From the NCBI GenBank assembly GCA_903945195.1, contig CAJAUT010000019.1, forward strand, positions 1 through 63,845: DNA of 63,845 bases, written 5' to 3'. The translations under genes were made by a program, and so were the position numbers. Under the pieces are notes generated by a model. That model did no database searches, was not told where the DNA came from, and saw only the letters and a list, made by a program, of their open reading frames with translations. The stretch's first letter is position 1, and each line of letters begins with the position of its first letter. This document shows positions 9,829 through 18,274 of the stretch, piece by piece. Source of the stretch: an uncultured bacterium. GTDB taxonomy: Bacteria > Patescibacteriota > Microgenomatia > UBA1400 > UBA12108.

Positions 9829-10425
9829 TTACAATACTCGTCTAGTCCCAAACGCATGTACTAGCGTCTGATCATCTGCATATTCTATCTCAACACCTGT
9901 AGGAAGTCCACGACCTATCCGACTAATCTTCACTTTCGTGCCAGAAAGTGCTTGCTGTATATACAGGGCCGTTGCCTCTCCTTCGAGGCTAGTATTGGTC
10001 GCAAGCACCACTTCGTCGATACCGCCTCTATTTACTCTTTTGACCAAAGTATCAATATAAAGCTCGTCAGGTCCTACATTGTTTAAGGGTGAAATAGATC
10101 CGTGCAGTACATGATAAACACCTTTGTAACTGCCAGACTTTTCGATCGCTATCACATCTTGAAAAGATTCAACCACACATACCTGCGACTGATCACGAGT
10201 GGAATCAGCGCAGATACTACACTGCTCTTGGTCAGTCAGATTGTGGCAAATAGTACAGATCTTCGTCATTTTCTTGAGATTCGACACCGACGTCGCAAAC
10301 ATATCTAGATCTCGCTGTGGTACACGAAGTAGGTAAAATGCGAGCCTCTGTGCCGACCTATGCCCTATTCCAGGCAACTTCTCAAAACTATTTGTTAGAT
10401 CTTCTACGACTTTTGGTAAACGCAT
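9829..10425 (-). CDS. recR: recombination protein RecR
   Basis: HhH N-terminus (LPGIGHRSAQRLAF), a C4 zinc finger (CTICHN...CSIC) and a Toprim domain. Confidence 0.93.
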   Translation of the reverse strand: MRLPKVVEDLTNSFEKLPGIGHRSAQRLAFYLLRVPQRDLDMFATSVSNLKKMTKICTICHNLTDQEQCSICADSTRDQSQVCVVESFQDVIAIEKSGSYKGVYHVLHGSISPLNNVGPDELYIDTLVKRVNRGGIDEVVLATNTSLEGEATALYIQQALSGTKVKISRIGRGLPTGVEIEYADDQTLVHAFGTRRVL

Positions 10426-10460
10426 ATAGGATATTGTATCTATCTAGTATGTGAGCCACA

Positions 10461-10575
10461 AGGTGCAGGTGAATATCACAGTCAAAAAAAATTGCGCAGG
10501 CCGGGCAGGTCGAGAACTAGGCCAATTTTTCAACAGAAAATATGGCCGATTTTTTGCGTGATGTACACCGAACCT
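10461..10575 (+). ncRNA. structured intergenic element, copy X (family of two with 36709-36826)
   Basis: Conserved blocks CACAGTCAAAAAA and TTTTTTGCGTGATG. The outer arms are complementary and show compensatory changes relative to copy Y. An internal hairpin plus T6 run forms a plus-strand intrinsic terminator. The strand call is tentative. Confidence 0.45.
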
Positions 10576-10595
10576 AAAGTGCGAACACGATTGTT

Positions 10596-10895
10596 TTACG
10601 CCATCCCTCCACCAAGTAGGCCTTTAAGTCCTCCAGACATTTCCTGGAGCTTCTTGGCAGCTACTTGCTGAGATTTCTTGATAGCGTCATTTAGGATCTT
10701 GACTAGTCTCTCTTCATATTTGCCATCAATAGTGACAGTCTCGACCTTTTGGTCACCTGTCATGACTACGCGGATCCCATTTTCTTCGACTTCGATCACT
10801 TCAGCCTGCAATTGTTTTTGCATCTGCACTGCCTGATCGCGGATTTTCTTTAGCTGACTTACTTGCTGACCCATTTGTTGGAATTTATCAAACAT
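10596..10895 (-). CDS. ybaB: nucleoid-associated protein YbaB/EbfC
   Basis: 99 aa, in the canonical dnaX-ybaB-recR position, with a coiled N-terminus and the VTIDG core typical of the family. Confidence 0.88.
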   Translation of the reverse strand: MFDKFQQMGQQVSQLKKIRDQAVQMQKQLQAEVIEVEENGIRVVMTGDQKVETVTIDGKYEERLVKILNDAIKKSQQVAAKKLQEMSGGLKGLLGGGMA

Positions 10896-10935
10896 AATTC
10901 TCCTTGTACTTTATAACTTTATAAACTTGACACTT

Positions 10936-12201
10936 TCAACTTGTGAAAATTGCCATTGCGTCATCTATTGTATCATCCTGCACCTCATTAGCTTTCGGTT
11001 TAGGTGGTGATATCTTCTCGCCCGACTTGAGTTTCTCCTTCATGATTTGCCAAGGAGACTTCTCTTCCTCTTTTTGCATCTGAGATTCTAGTTCCGATCT
11101 TTGCGCGATTTTAGGCGATAGATCGGAACTTTGCAGTTTTGATTTGAGAATTGGACCTGCCTGCGCCGGCAGGGAATTTATGATTTGAGAATTACTCTCA
11201 GTGTGGCCACACCACTCTACTATCGCCACTTGGATCAGAAGTTCCCCGTCCAGACTAGTAGCCAGTCTCCTAGCCACCTCATCCAGTGCAAAAATAAATT
11301 TAGACACTTCTATCTCCACTTCACTATTTAAAAGTTTATCTCTCAGCCCTCTCATGATCGACACAATCAGATAACTCATATCCACCCCGTTTGAGGTAGC
11401 CTCACTCAGTTGTTTTAGAGATTCTTTTACATCTCTTGATGCTAAAGCATTTACAAGGATCGTAACTTTGTAATTTGAACTTCCAGATACCACTAGCTCT
11501 ATATCAGATAGCTCTACACTATCAGCATTGGATAGTACCTGATCCAGTATCTTCACCCCGTCGCGAAACGAGCCATCAACCGCTTTAGACAGATACTCTA
11601 GCGCTTCACTACTCACTTTCTTGCCCTCACCCTTTATCACCCGCGCAAAAGATCTCTGCATCTCATCACTTGTTGCTTTTGTAAACTGTATCTGTGCACA
11701 CCTAGAGACAATAGTTTCTGGGACTTTGTGCAGTTCTGTCGTACAAAGGATAAATAGCGAGTGGCTTGGTGGCTCCTCCAGGGTCTTTAAGAGCGCGTTA
11801 AAAGCCTCAGTCGTAAGCATATGCACTTCATCGATGATATAGACTTTGCGAGGCAGTACAGCCGGCGCTAGGCGAATTTTTTCTTTTAGTTCCCTAATGT
11901 CATCGATACCGCGATTAGATGCGGCGTCAATTTCAATCACGTCCATAGCGCTACCATCGAGGATCGATTTACAGGCGCTACACTGATTGCACGGCTCTCC
12001 CAGTTTCCCTGAATTTTTTTCGCAGTTTACTACCCTGGCGAGTACTCGGGCAGTACTGGTCTTGCCAGCACCACGAGGACCAGTTAGTAGGTAAGCATGC
12101 CCCACATTGCCAGATTTGACCATGTCATTTAGGACTTTACGCACGCCTGAGAGATCTAATTCATCAATTGTCTTGGGTCTGTATTTGAGATAAAGATTCA
12201 T
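10936..12201 (-). CDS. dnaX: DNA polymerase III subunit gamma/tau (short form)
   Basis: Walker A GPRGAGKTS, a Zn module (CEKNSGKLGEPCNQCSACKS), Walker B IIDEVHML and the SRC motif (VSRCAQ). Confidence 0.93.
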   Translation of the reverse strand: MNLYLKYRPKTIDELDLSGVRKVLNDMVKSGNVGHAYLLTGPRGAGKTSTARVLARVVNCEKNSGKLGEPCNQCSACKSILDGSAMDVIEIDAASNRGIDDIRELKEKIRLAPAVLPRKVYIIDEVHMLTTEAFNALLKTLEEPPSHSLFILCTTELHKVPETIVSRCAQIQFTKATSDEMQRSFARVIKGEGKKVSSEALEYLSKAVDGSFRDGVKILDQVLSNADSVELSDIELVVSGSSNYKVTILVNALASRDVKESLKQLSEATSNGVDMSYLIVSIMRGLRDKLLNSEVEIEVSKFIFALDEVARRLATSLDGELLIQVAIVEWCGHTESNSQIINSLPAQAGPILKSKLQSSDLSPKIAQRSELESQMQKEEEKSPWQIMKEKLKSGEKISPPKPKANEVQDDTIDDAMAIFTS

Positions 12202-12214
12202 GGATTACACTCTA

Positions 12215-12607
12215 TCATTCGTGGTGGTAGCCTAACAAGTGCATCAAACCGTGCTCTACTAGGAAATTGATCTGGGAGTCTAGCTTGCACTGCTTTTCTA
12301 GAGCTTCCTCTACCGCCACCGGGTAGCACACCACTATATCCCCTAGTCGCAGGATCCCATCAGGTGAGGCCATAAAAGGTCTGTCATCGCTTGGGTCATT
12401 TAGGGGGAAAGAGAGCACATCTGTAGGTCCTTCAATTTTCATATAAACTCTGTGGAGCTCAGACATTTTGCGTTTGCCCACAACTTGTATATCTACCTCT
12501 ATATTGTCGGTCAGACGATATTTGACTAGCACTTTAGTCAAATGTTCTCGCAACATTACACGATCAAATGGAAATTTTGCATCAGCTAGGATATTTATTG
12601 TAATCAT
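12215..12607 (-). CDS. ybeY: rRNA maturation endoribonuclease YbeY
   Basis: Metal-binding motif HGLMHLLGYHH at the C-terminus. 130 aa. Confidence 0.92.
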   Translation of the reverse strand: MITINILADAKFPFDRVMLREHLTKVLVKYRLTDNIEVDIQVVGKRKMSELHRVYMKIEGPTDVLSFPLNDPSDDRPFMASPDGILRLGDIVVCYPVAVEEALEKQCKLDSQINFLVEHGLMHLLGYHHE

Positions 12608-13041
12608 TTCGCAAAAAGTTCTTTAACAATCTTACTCACTGTTGCTCCATCCGATTGTCCAGACACCATTTTCATCGCTATCTTCATCACTTCCCCAAAA
12701 TTTGCAACTCCCGCAAGCTGTTTGCTGTTAGCTGTAAGCAGCTTTCGCACCTCATCTTCAGACATCATTTTTGGGAGATAATCTTCTATCAAATTTAGTT
12801 CGTATTGTTCTTGAGCAGCTTGTTCTTCACGACCCACTGCTTTGTAGGCCACGATCGACTCTCTTCTTTTTTTGGCTTCTTTAGAAAGTACTGCGACCAT
12901 CCCTTCATCATCCAAATCTGGTTTATCTACAACTACGTATTTTATGCTAGACACCATGAGGCGCAACGCATCAAGTCGAGCTTGATCACGGTTCCTCATG
13001 GCCGTCTTCATTTGATCCTGTAAATCGGTCAAAATACTCAT
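12604..13041 (-). CDS. GatB/YqeY domain protein
   Basis: The N-terminus LQDQMKTAMRNRDQARLDALRLMVSSIKY matches the YqeY pattern. Overlaps ybeY by 4 nt. Confidence 0.85.
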   Translation of the reverse strand: MSILTDLQDQMKTAMRNRDQARLDALRLMVSSIKYVVVDKPDLDDEGMVAVLSKEAKKRRESIVAYKAVGREEQAAQEQYELNLIEDYLPKMMSEDEVRKLLTANSKQLAGVANFGEVMKIAMKMVSGQSDGATVSKIVKELFAK

Positions 13042-13256
13042 TATTTTTTCTTTGAGGCATTCATACGCTGCATACGATCAACGTATTTTTTACGTTTAAT
13101 TTCGTTGTTGCGTTCTTTGCGTAACATTGAAGGTGATTTGTGGAATTCGCGTTTGCGAGTCTCCTCTATCACGTTCTCTGTCATGACTTTTTTCTTAAAT
13201 CGTCGGATTACTCCGTCTGGTGACTCGTCTTTTTTAGCTTTTACTATAATTGGCAT
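13041..13256 (-). CDS. rpsU: 30S ribosomal protein S21
   Basis: 71-aa basic protein (PIIVKAKKDESPDGVIRRFKKK...REFHKSPS..RK) typical of bS21. Confidence 0.9.
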   Translation of the reverse strand: MPIIVKAKKDESPDGVIRRFKKKVMTENVIEETRKREFHKSPSMLRKERNNEIKRKKYVDRMQRMNASKKK

Positions 13257-13258
13257 AT

Positions 13259-14107
13259 TTAAATAACACCTCCTTCAATCATCTCAAGTAGATCAGATGC
13301 AAAGAGCGAAGATTTTTCTTTCTTCTCCCCCTTGTCCGATCCTGAGAACAGCATGTGACCAGAATTATGGTATACCCATCTATTCTTGTCCTCACGCTCA
13401 GCTATTTTATCATACAAACTTATAAGTGGCAGCGTCACGGCCGGTGCCGTCTTGATTTTTAGATATCCATGCTTTGTATCTTCGATTATCACTATTTGGT
13501 ACCCCATTTTCTGAGCAGTCTTAGATACATCATCGGCTGCCGTCTTTACGACTATCCCCTTACCCCACAGACTCTCAAATTCCTCGCCTTCGTTCACTGC
13601 TTCTTTGCCCTTTTGCCAGTCTTTAAGCCTCTGGTACACCCCGTCTAGATACACAAATACCATCCTTAGCACAGCTTCGTTGTCATGAGTCTGGAGTCTA
13701 TGTAGCGCAGGTATGATCTCATGGAGCATAAATGCCATGCGTGGATGCTCGGTCCCTGGCCAGTAGCAGTCCGCAAAGGTATCTATCTCAAATGCAGTAC
13801 CTATCATTTCTTTAAGAGCCTCATCAGTTGCAGGTACTAAATTTTCAGCCACCAAGTCTTCAAGCACTAACTTTGCCGCACAAGTACTAAATCCACCGGG
13901 TTTGTGGTGATCCCATTTGCCACCACCTACGTCCACATGTACGATGTTTGGATCATTGTCTGGCGGGAGGTTTTTGTAAGTGGTAGGAGCAGGCACAAAC
14001 TCAAATTTTGCATCCCCATATTGTGGCTGGTTAAAGCGTACAAGCAGCCACGCACTCATGATGGCATCTAGATCTGGGTGAATATGGGTAACAATTAGTT
14101 TGGTCAT
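13259..14107 (-). CDS. DHH/MYG1(UPF0160)-like metal-dependent phosphoesterase (putative)
   Basis: THIHPDLDAIMSAW (DHH motif I-like) and VDVGGGKWDHHKPGG (a DHH motif resembling MYG1). Confidence 0.5.
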   Translation of the reverse strand: MTKLIVTHIHPDLDAIMSAWLLVRFNQPQYGDAKFEFVPAPTTYKNLPPDNDPNIVHVDVGGGKWDHHKPGGFSTCAAKLVLEDLVAENLVPATDEALKEMIGTAFEIDTFADCYWPGTEHPRMAFMLHEIIPALHRLQTHDNEAVLRMVFVYLDGVYQRLKDWQKGKEAVNEGEEFESLWGKGIVVKTAADDVSKTAQKMGYQIVIIEDTKHGYLKIKTAPAVTLPLISLYDKIAEREDKNRWVYHNSGHMLFSGSDKGEKKEKSSLFASDLLEMIEGGVI

Positions 14108-14119
14108 GCCCCTATTGTA

Positions 14120-15196
14120 CTATGAAAAAAACAAATCTTTGACCGTGGCAAAAAGCATGAGGCCGATCAGTAGGATCATGCCGATACTGTTTAGATAACC
14201 CTCAAACTTCACCACTCTCTTGCGGCCTATTACTTTTTCTAGCCCCACAAACAGTAGTCTCCCACCGTCAAGTGCTGGGATAGGCAGTAGATTAAATATC
14301 GCAAGGTTTAGCGAGATGATTCCCGCAAATCGTACCATCGTCAGCCAGCCTTCTTTTGCTGCGCTTTCGCCGACTTTAACGACAGCCACAGGACCGCTCA
14401 CATTTTTCACTAGTTCAACAGGATGCATAAAGATTCGCAAAAACTCGCGACTCCACCCAATTGCTTCCTTCATCCCTTCTCTCGCCCCGTAGATCGGTGC
14501 CATGTACCACACGAGCTTCTCGTACTCAAATATAGGCACGCTCGCCACACCTACTCCAAGCGCTCCTTCACCAACCGGTGGATTTTCTCTAGGGATCACA
14601 CTTACTTGTCTAGAATTTTCACTGCGCTGACCATTTGCATCGACTTTAGCTAGATATAGAGATACCGATTTACCTTTATTCTCCTTAATAAGCTCTACAA
14701 ATTTTTCAGATTCCGTAATCTCAGTATCCCCTACCTTCACAAGCACCTCGCCTACCGTGATATCTGCTAGTTTGGCGGGACTTCCCTCTGTGACCTGGGT
14801 CACCATTACCTGTCTACCCACTTCTTTTGGTATTCCCATCTTCGTATATATGAGAGAAAAACAAGCAATGCCAATTAGGAAATTCATGACTACTCCGGCA
14901 ATGATGACGAGCGCCCTCTGCCAAGCAGGCTTGGCAAAAAACATATGACCGTGGGTGAGCGGATTGATCCTCTGCCACAGCGTAGGATCTGTCTCTTCTC
15001 CCGCTAGTCGCACAAAACCACCAATAGGCAGCCAGTTAAGTGTGTACTCCGTTTCTTTGTGTTTAAAAATCTTTAGAGCTTTGGGAGGTAGTCCTATCCC
15101 AAACTCTAGTACATGGATCCCAAACAATTTGGCGATTAAAAAATGCCCAAGCTCATGAAGGAGTACTAAAAGCGACAAAACCAAAATCGTAGTCAT
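14120..15196 (-). CDS. rseP: RIP (site-2) metalloprotease RseP, M50 family
   Basis: HELGHF zinc motif, a central PDZ-like segment and the NLLPIPALDGG motif. Multi-TM. Confidence 0.9.
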   Translation of the reverse strand: MTTILVLSLLVLLHELGHFLIAKLFGIHVLEFGIGLPPKALKIFKHKETEYTLNWLPIGGFVRLAGEETDPTLWQRINPLTHGHMFFAKPAWQRALVIIAGVVMNFLIGIACFSLIYTKMGIPKEVGRQVMVTQVTEGSPAKLADITVGEVLVKVGDTEITESEKFVELIKENKGKSVSLYLAKVDANGQRSENSRQVSVIPRENPPVGEGALGVGVASVPIFEYEKLVWYMAPIYGAREGMKEAIGWSREFLRIFMHPVELVKNVSGPVAVVKVGESAAKEGWLTMVRFAGIISLNLAIFNLLPIPALDGGRLLFVGLEKVIGRKRVVKFEGYLNSIGMILLIGLMLFATVKDLFFS

Positions 15197-15219
15197 TGGA
15201 TTATATTATCACGGATGCG

Positions 15220-15283
15220 ACCTTCAAGGTCTGACCTTGTAGTCATATTGTCTTATTAAGATTCCTACGAGGTCAGACCTTAT
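15220..15283. repeat. GGTCAGACC-core palindromic repeat, locus R2
   Basis: ACCTTCAAGGTCTGACCTTGTAG ... CTACGAGGTCAGACCTTAT inverted arms. The right arm ends 9 nt before the tsf stop codon (15289-15291), the same spacing as R3. Confidence 0.65.
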
Positions 15284-15288
15284 GGGAA

Positions 15289-15735
15289 CTATAAGCAAGC
15301 AATGGACACTACTTTGATATTCTCTCCAGTTTTGCCAGAGATGAGTTTGATCAAAGCTTCGATGGTCTTGCTTGTGTCTTTAAGGAAATCTTGCTTGAGG
15401 AGCTCTTCGATCGTCTCCGGCTTCATCGAAGCTACCTGCATCGCTATCTCTTTGCCTAGATTTTGGAAATCCTCAGTCTTAGCGACAAAATCGGTCTCAC
15501 AAGCTAGTTTCACTAGTGATCCTACCTTGCCGTTAAAATGAACGTAAGAAAAGACATAACCAGCTTCGGTAGTACGATCAGATTTTTCGGCCGCTCTCTT
15601 CATACCCTTTTTCTCTAGCCAAGCTTTGGCTTTTTTGGTATCGCCGTCAGACTCAGTCAAGGCTTTGCGCACATCCATGATGCCAGCGCCAGTCTCTTCA
15701 CGCAAGGTTTTGATTTGATCTACTGTAATTGTCAT
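15289..15735 (-). CDS. tsf: elongation factor Ts (minimal 148-aa form)
   Basis: UBA-like N-terminus (IKTLREETGAGIMDVRKAL) and the ETDFVAKTEDF core block. Sits immediately downstream of rpsB. Confidence 0.85.
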   Translation of the reverse strand: MTITVDQIKTLREETGAGIMDVRKALTESDGDTKKAKAWLEKKGMKRAAEKSDRTTEAGYVFSYVHFNGKVGSLVKLACETDFVAKTEDFQNLGKEIAMQVASMKPETIEELLKQDFLKDTSKTIEALIKLISGKTGENIKVVSIACL

Positions 15736-15736
15736 A

Positions 15737-16645
15737 TTATTTCCTCTCCTTGTTTAGTTTGAGCCCTTTCTCTACTGCTGCAGTGATAGCCATAACTAGC
15801 ATCACGACAGATTTTAGAGCATCATCATTTGCTGGGATCACTTTGGCAATACCTGTTGGGTCACCATTGGTATCTACGATAGCCACAACTGGGATAGCAC
15901 GGTGAGTAGACTCACGCATAGCAGTGATTTCGCGGGTTGGATCTACGATAAAGACTGCTTTAGGTAGTCCTTTAAGAGTTACTAGTCCACCATACATGCG
16001 CTCTAAGCGGTCAATCTCGCGCTTTAGCAGTACTTGCTCTTTTTTGGTGTATTTTTTGTATTCACCGGCTTCGTACTTTTTCTTCATGTCTACGAGTTTG
16101 TCTACGCGAGTTTTGATCTGTTCCCAGTTGGTAAATAAACCGCCAACCCAGTGAGTAGTCATAAATGCTACACCTAGTCTCTCAGCTTCTGCTTTGATCG
16201 TGTCAGCTGCTTGGGCTTTGGTTCCAACAAGGAGGATTTCGCCGCCCTTGGAGATCACGTCTGCCAAGTAGTTGCAGGCATCAGACAACATAGATCTGGT
16301 CTGGACCAAGTCAAAGATCTGGACACCATTTTTAACAGCATAAACATAATCATCCATACGTGGGTTGCGACGTTTGATCGAGTGACCAAAATGTACGCCA
16401 GCCTCTAGCATGTCTTTAAGTGATGGGAGTTTTTCAAATTCCACAGAAACTTTTACTTCTTTCTGTGCCCCTAGCGTAGCCGTAGGCGTAGTGGGGTCGA
16501 CTTTTTCCACGACAGGAGCTGCAACAACTTTCGCCTCTACTTTTTTCTCTACTACTTTTGCAATTTTCTCTGCCTTTGGTGTTTCCGACTTGACGGACTT
16601 TACAGACTTGACGGACTTTTCACTAACTCTCTTGGCGACTGCCAT
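15737..16645 (-). CDS. rpsB: 30S ribosomal protein S2 with N-terminal Lys/Val-rich extension
   Basis: uS2 core (LEAGVHFGH, FMTTHWVGGLFTNW, VVAIVDTN) preceded by an extension of about 70 aa containing KSVKSVKSVKS. Confidence 0.93.
   Translation of the reverse strand: MAVAKRVSEKSVKSVKSVKSETPKAEKIAKVVEKKVEAKVVAAPVVEKVDPTTPTATLGAQKEVKVSVEFEKLPSLKDMLEAGVHFGHSIKRRNPRMDDYVYAVKNGVQIFDLVQTRSMLSDACNYLADVISKGGEILLVGTKAQAADTIKAEAERLGVAFMTTHWVGGLFTNWEQIKTRVDKLVDMKKKYEAGEYKKYTKKEQVLLKREIDRLERMYGGLVTLKGLPKAVFIVDPTREITAMRESTHRAIPVVAIVDTNGDPTGIAKVIPANDDALKSVVMLVMAITAAVEKGLKLNKERK
16587..16622. repeat. 4 x 9-nt tandem repeat inside the rpsB 5' extension
   Basis: GACTTGACG GACTTTACA GACTTGACG GACTTTTCA (plus strand), encoding the (KSV)n tract. 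Confidence 0.8.
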
Positions 16646-16726
16646 ATGTTTATCTCCTTAAACTTCTCTAAAGACCCTACTAATGCAGGAGATTTGTCTC
16701 TAGATGTAAATTTTTATAACTCTGGA

Positions 16727-16735
16727 ATTATAGCA
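16727..16735 (-). promoter_or_regulatory. extended -10 promoter element (TGCTATAAT) upstream of rpsB
   Basis: The reverse complement of ATTATAGCA is TGCTATAAT, about 85 nt upstream of the rpsB ATG. The leader contains a 9-bp hairpin (TCTAGAGAC/GTCTTTAGA) before the AAGGAG SD. Confidence 0.4.
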
Positions 16736-16753
16736 CAAAACTCAAATCATTAA

Positions 16754-16933
16754 CTATTTTTTTCCATAATACGAATCATCCACAGCTTTATTATGCTCAC
16801 TCTCACTTATCTCTAATGCTCGTAATAATTCCTCCCAAGCATAAGGTTCGTTGTAGTTCTCCTCTAACCATTTTGCCACGGCTTGCACCACCGTTCGTGG
16901 TTTTTCTTCCCCTATAATCAAAATTTCAGCCAT
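16754..16933 (-). CDS. small hypothetical protein (59 aa), below the ORF-track cutoff
   Basis: ATG..TAG ORF reading MAEILIIGEEKPRTVVQAVAKWLEENYNEPYAWEELLRALEISESEHNKAVDDSYYGKK. It fills the folD-rpsB spacer. No clear SD. Confidence 0.3.
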   Translation of the reverse strand: MAEILIIGEEKPRTVVQAVAKWLEENYNEPYAWEELLRALEISESEHNKAVDDSYYGKK

Positions 16934-16995
16934 ATACGATATCTACTATTATTCTAATAAGCTACCAAGCATAACAATATTCACAACTATCAGTC

Positions 16996-17751
16996 TTATT
17001 TACATAAATAAACTGCATTTTGCATAAGACACGCTATTGTAACAGGTCCGATGCCTCCTGGCACCTCTACAGACACACTTGCCTTGTCATAAGCATCTCT
17101 CGCCATATCTCCCCGCGGCGCTCCTACATCTATAAGTATCACACCATCTCTTACCATATCCCCTGTCACCACACCTTCTTTTCCCACACAACTAATCACG
17201 ATGTCACCTTGCAGTACCAAATCCTTGGCATTTTGAGTATCTGAGTCGACTTTTATTACCTCTTTCCCCATTTTCTCTAATTCTAGACATGTCGCACTCC
17301 CCACAAACCCACTAGCTCCTATCACCACAAATTTCTCTGGGTTTCCCCCTATCTTCTCCACCACATCGAGTATTGCCTTAACGACTGGTGGTACTACACC
17401 CGACTCTGGATATCTGAGTCCATCCACATCTTTGTTTAATGGGATAGTCTCAAGTATATCCTTCAGCGCCTGTCCCGAAATGCCAGGAACTGGGAGTTGC
17501 AACATAATACCTGTTACTTCATCTCTCTTGGCTATCTCTTCAATCTCATTACCTAATAAATCTAGCTTTACTATCTCAAAGTCGATTCCTACTCGCTCTG
17601 CCGCTGCTTTCTTGAGTTTGGTATAGAGCGCACTAGCTGGATCATCTCCCACAAGAACGCTTACTATCCTAGGTTTTTTTGCAAGGATCGTAACTTTGTT
17701 TTTTACTTTAGCCTCTATTTCCTCTGCAAATGCTTTTCCATCAAATTTCAT
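16996..17751 (-). CDS. folD: methylenetetrahydrofolate dehydrogenase/cyclohydrolase
   Basis: FolD layout with DGKAFAEEI at the N-terminus, VVIGASGFVGS dinucleotide fold and the GGIGPVTIA block. Confidence 0.85.
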   Translation of the reverse strand: MKFDGKAFAEEIEAKVKNKVTILAKKPRIVSVLVGDDPASALYTKLKKAAAERVGIDFEIVKLDLLGNEIEEIAKRDEVTGIMLQLPVPGISGQALKDILETIPLNKDVDGLRYPESGVVPPVVKAILDVVEKIGGNPEKFVVIGASGFVGSATCLELEKMGKEVIKVDSDTQNAKDLVLQGDIVISCVGKEGVVTGDMVRDGVILIDVGAPRGDMARDAYDKASVSVEVPGGIGPVTIACLMQNAVYLCK

Positions 17752-17758
17752 GAGGTTA

Positions 17759-18271
17759 TTATACCCGTTCGAGAGTCAGGTAGCGGTACTTGATCCCATT
17801 TTCTTCGTGGGGATCATCCGACAGGACTTTTTTAAACTCACTATATTCAGGGAAAAAAGCATCACCATCTACTTCCAACTCAACTTTTGTTAGATAAATC
17901 CTAGAGACCTCCCCTAAAGTTTGCGCAAATATCGTAGCCCCACCAGCAACATACGCTTCATCACTCTCTATTTCTTTCGCTTTAGCTATTGCCTCTTCCA
18001 CACTATGACACACGTAGCACTTTGGTAGATCAACTACGTAATCAGTATTTTTGGTCAAAATGATTTGGTTGCGGTCTGGCAGTGCCTTCCCTCTCGACTC
18101 ATAGGCATGACGCAGTTGCTCAAAAGTAGTCCTGCCCACTATGATTGTTTTACCTTCGGTCATTAGACGAAATCTACGCAAATCATCTTTAATATGCCAG
18201 GCTAGTTCATTGCCTTTACCGATCACTCCGTTATGAGCAACCGCGACAATCATCGAGATTCGAGGTGTCAT
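17759..18271 (-). CDS. folA: dihydrofolate reductase
   Basis: ISMIVAVAHNGVIGKGNELAWHIKDDLRRFRLMTEGKTIIVGRTTFE is the canonical DHFR N-terminus. Confidence 0.88.
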   Translation of the reverse strand: MTPRISMIVAVAHNGVIGKGNELAWHIKDDLRRFRLMTEGKTIIVGRTTFEQLRHAYESRGKALPDRNQIILTKNTDYVVDLPKCYVCHSVEEAIAKAKEIESDEAYVAGGATIFAQTLGEVSRIYLTKVELEVDGDAFFPEYSEFKKVLSDDPHEENGIKYRYLTLERV

Positions 18272-18274
18272 TTT

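Noticed and set aside
10461-10575. Idea that element X is the SRP (4.5S/scRNA) gene, because SRP RNA lies next to dnaX-ybaB-recR in Bacillus
   Set aside because: I could find no domain IV signature: no GGAA/GNAR tetraloop flanked by AGCA-type symmetric-loop residues. The second copy next to nrdJ also argues against a single-copy housekeeping RNA.
12008-12024. A-rich run (GAAAAAAAT on the coding strand) in dnaX as a possible programmed frameshift site
   Set aside because: It lies near codon 60, in the N-terminal ATPase domain, far from where tau/gamma frameshifting occurs. No downstream stimulatory structure was seen.
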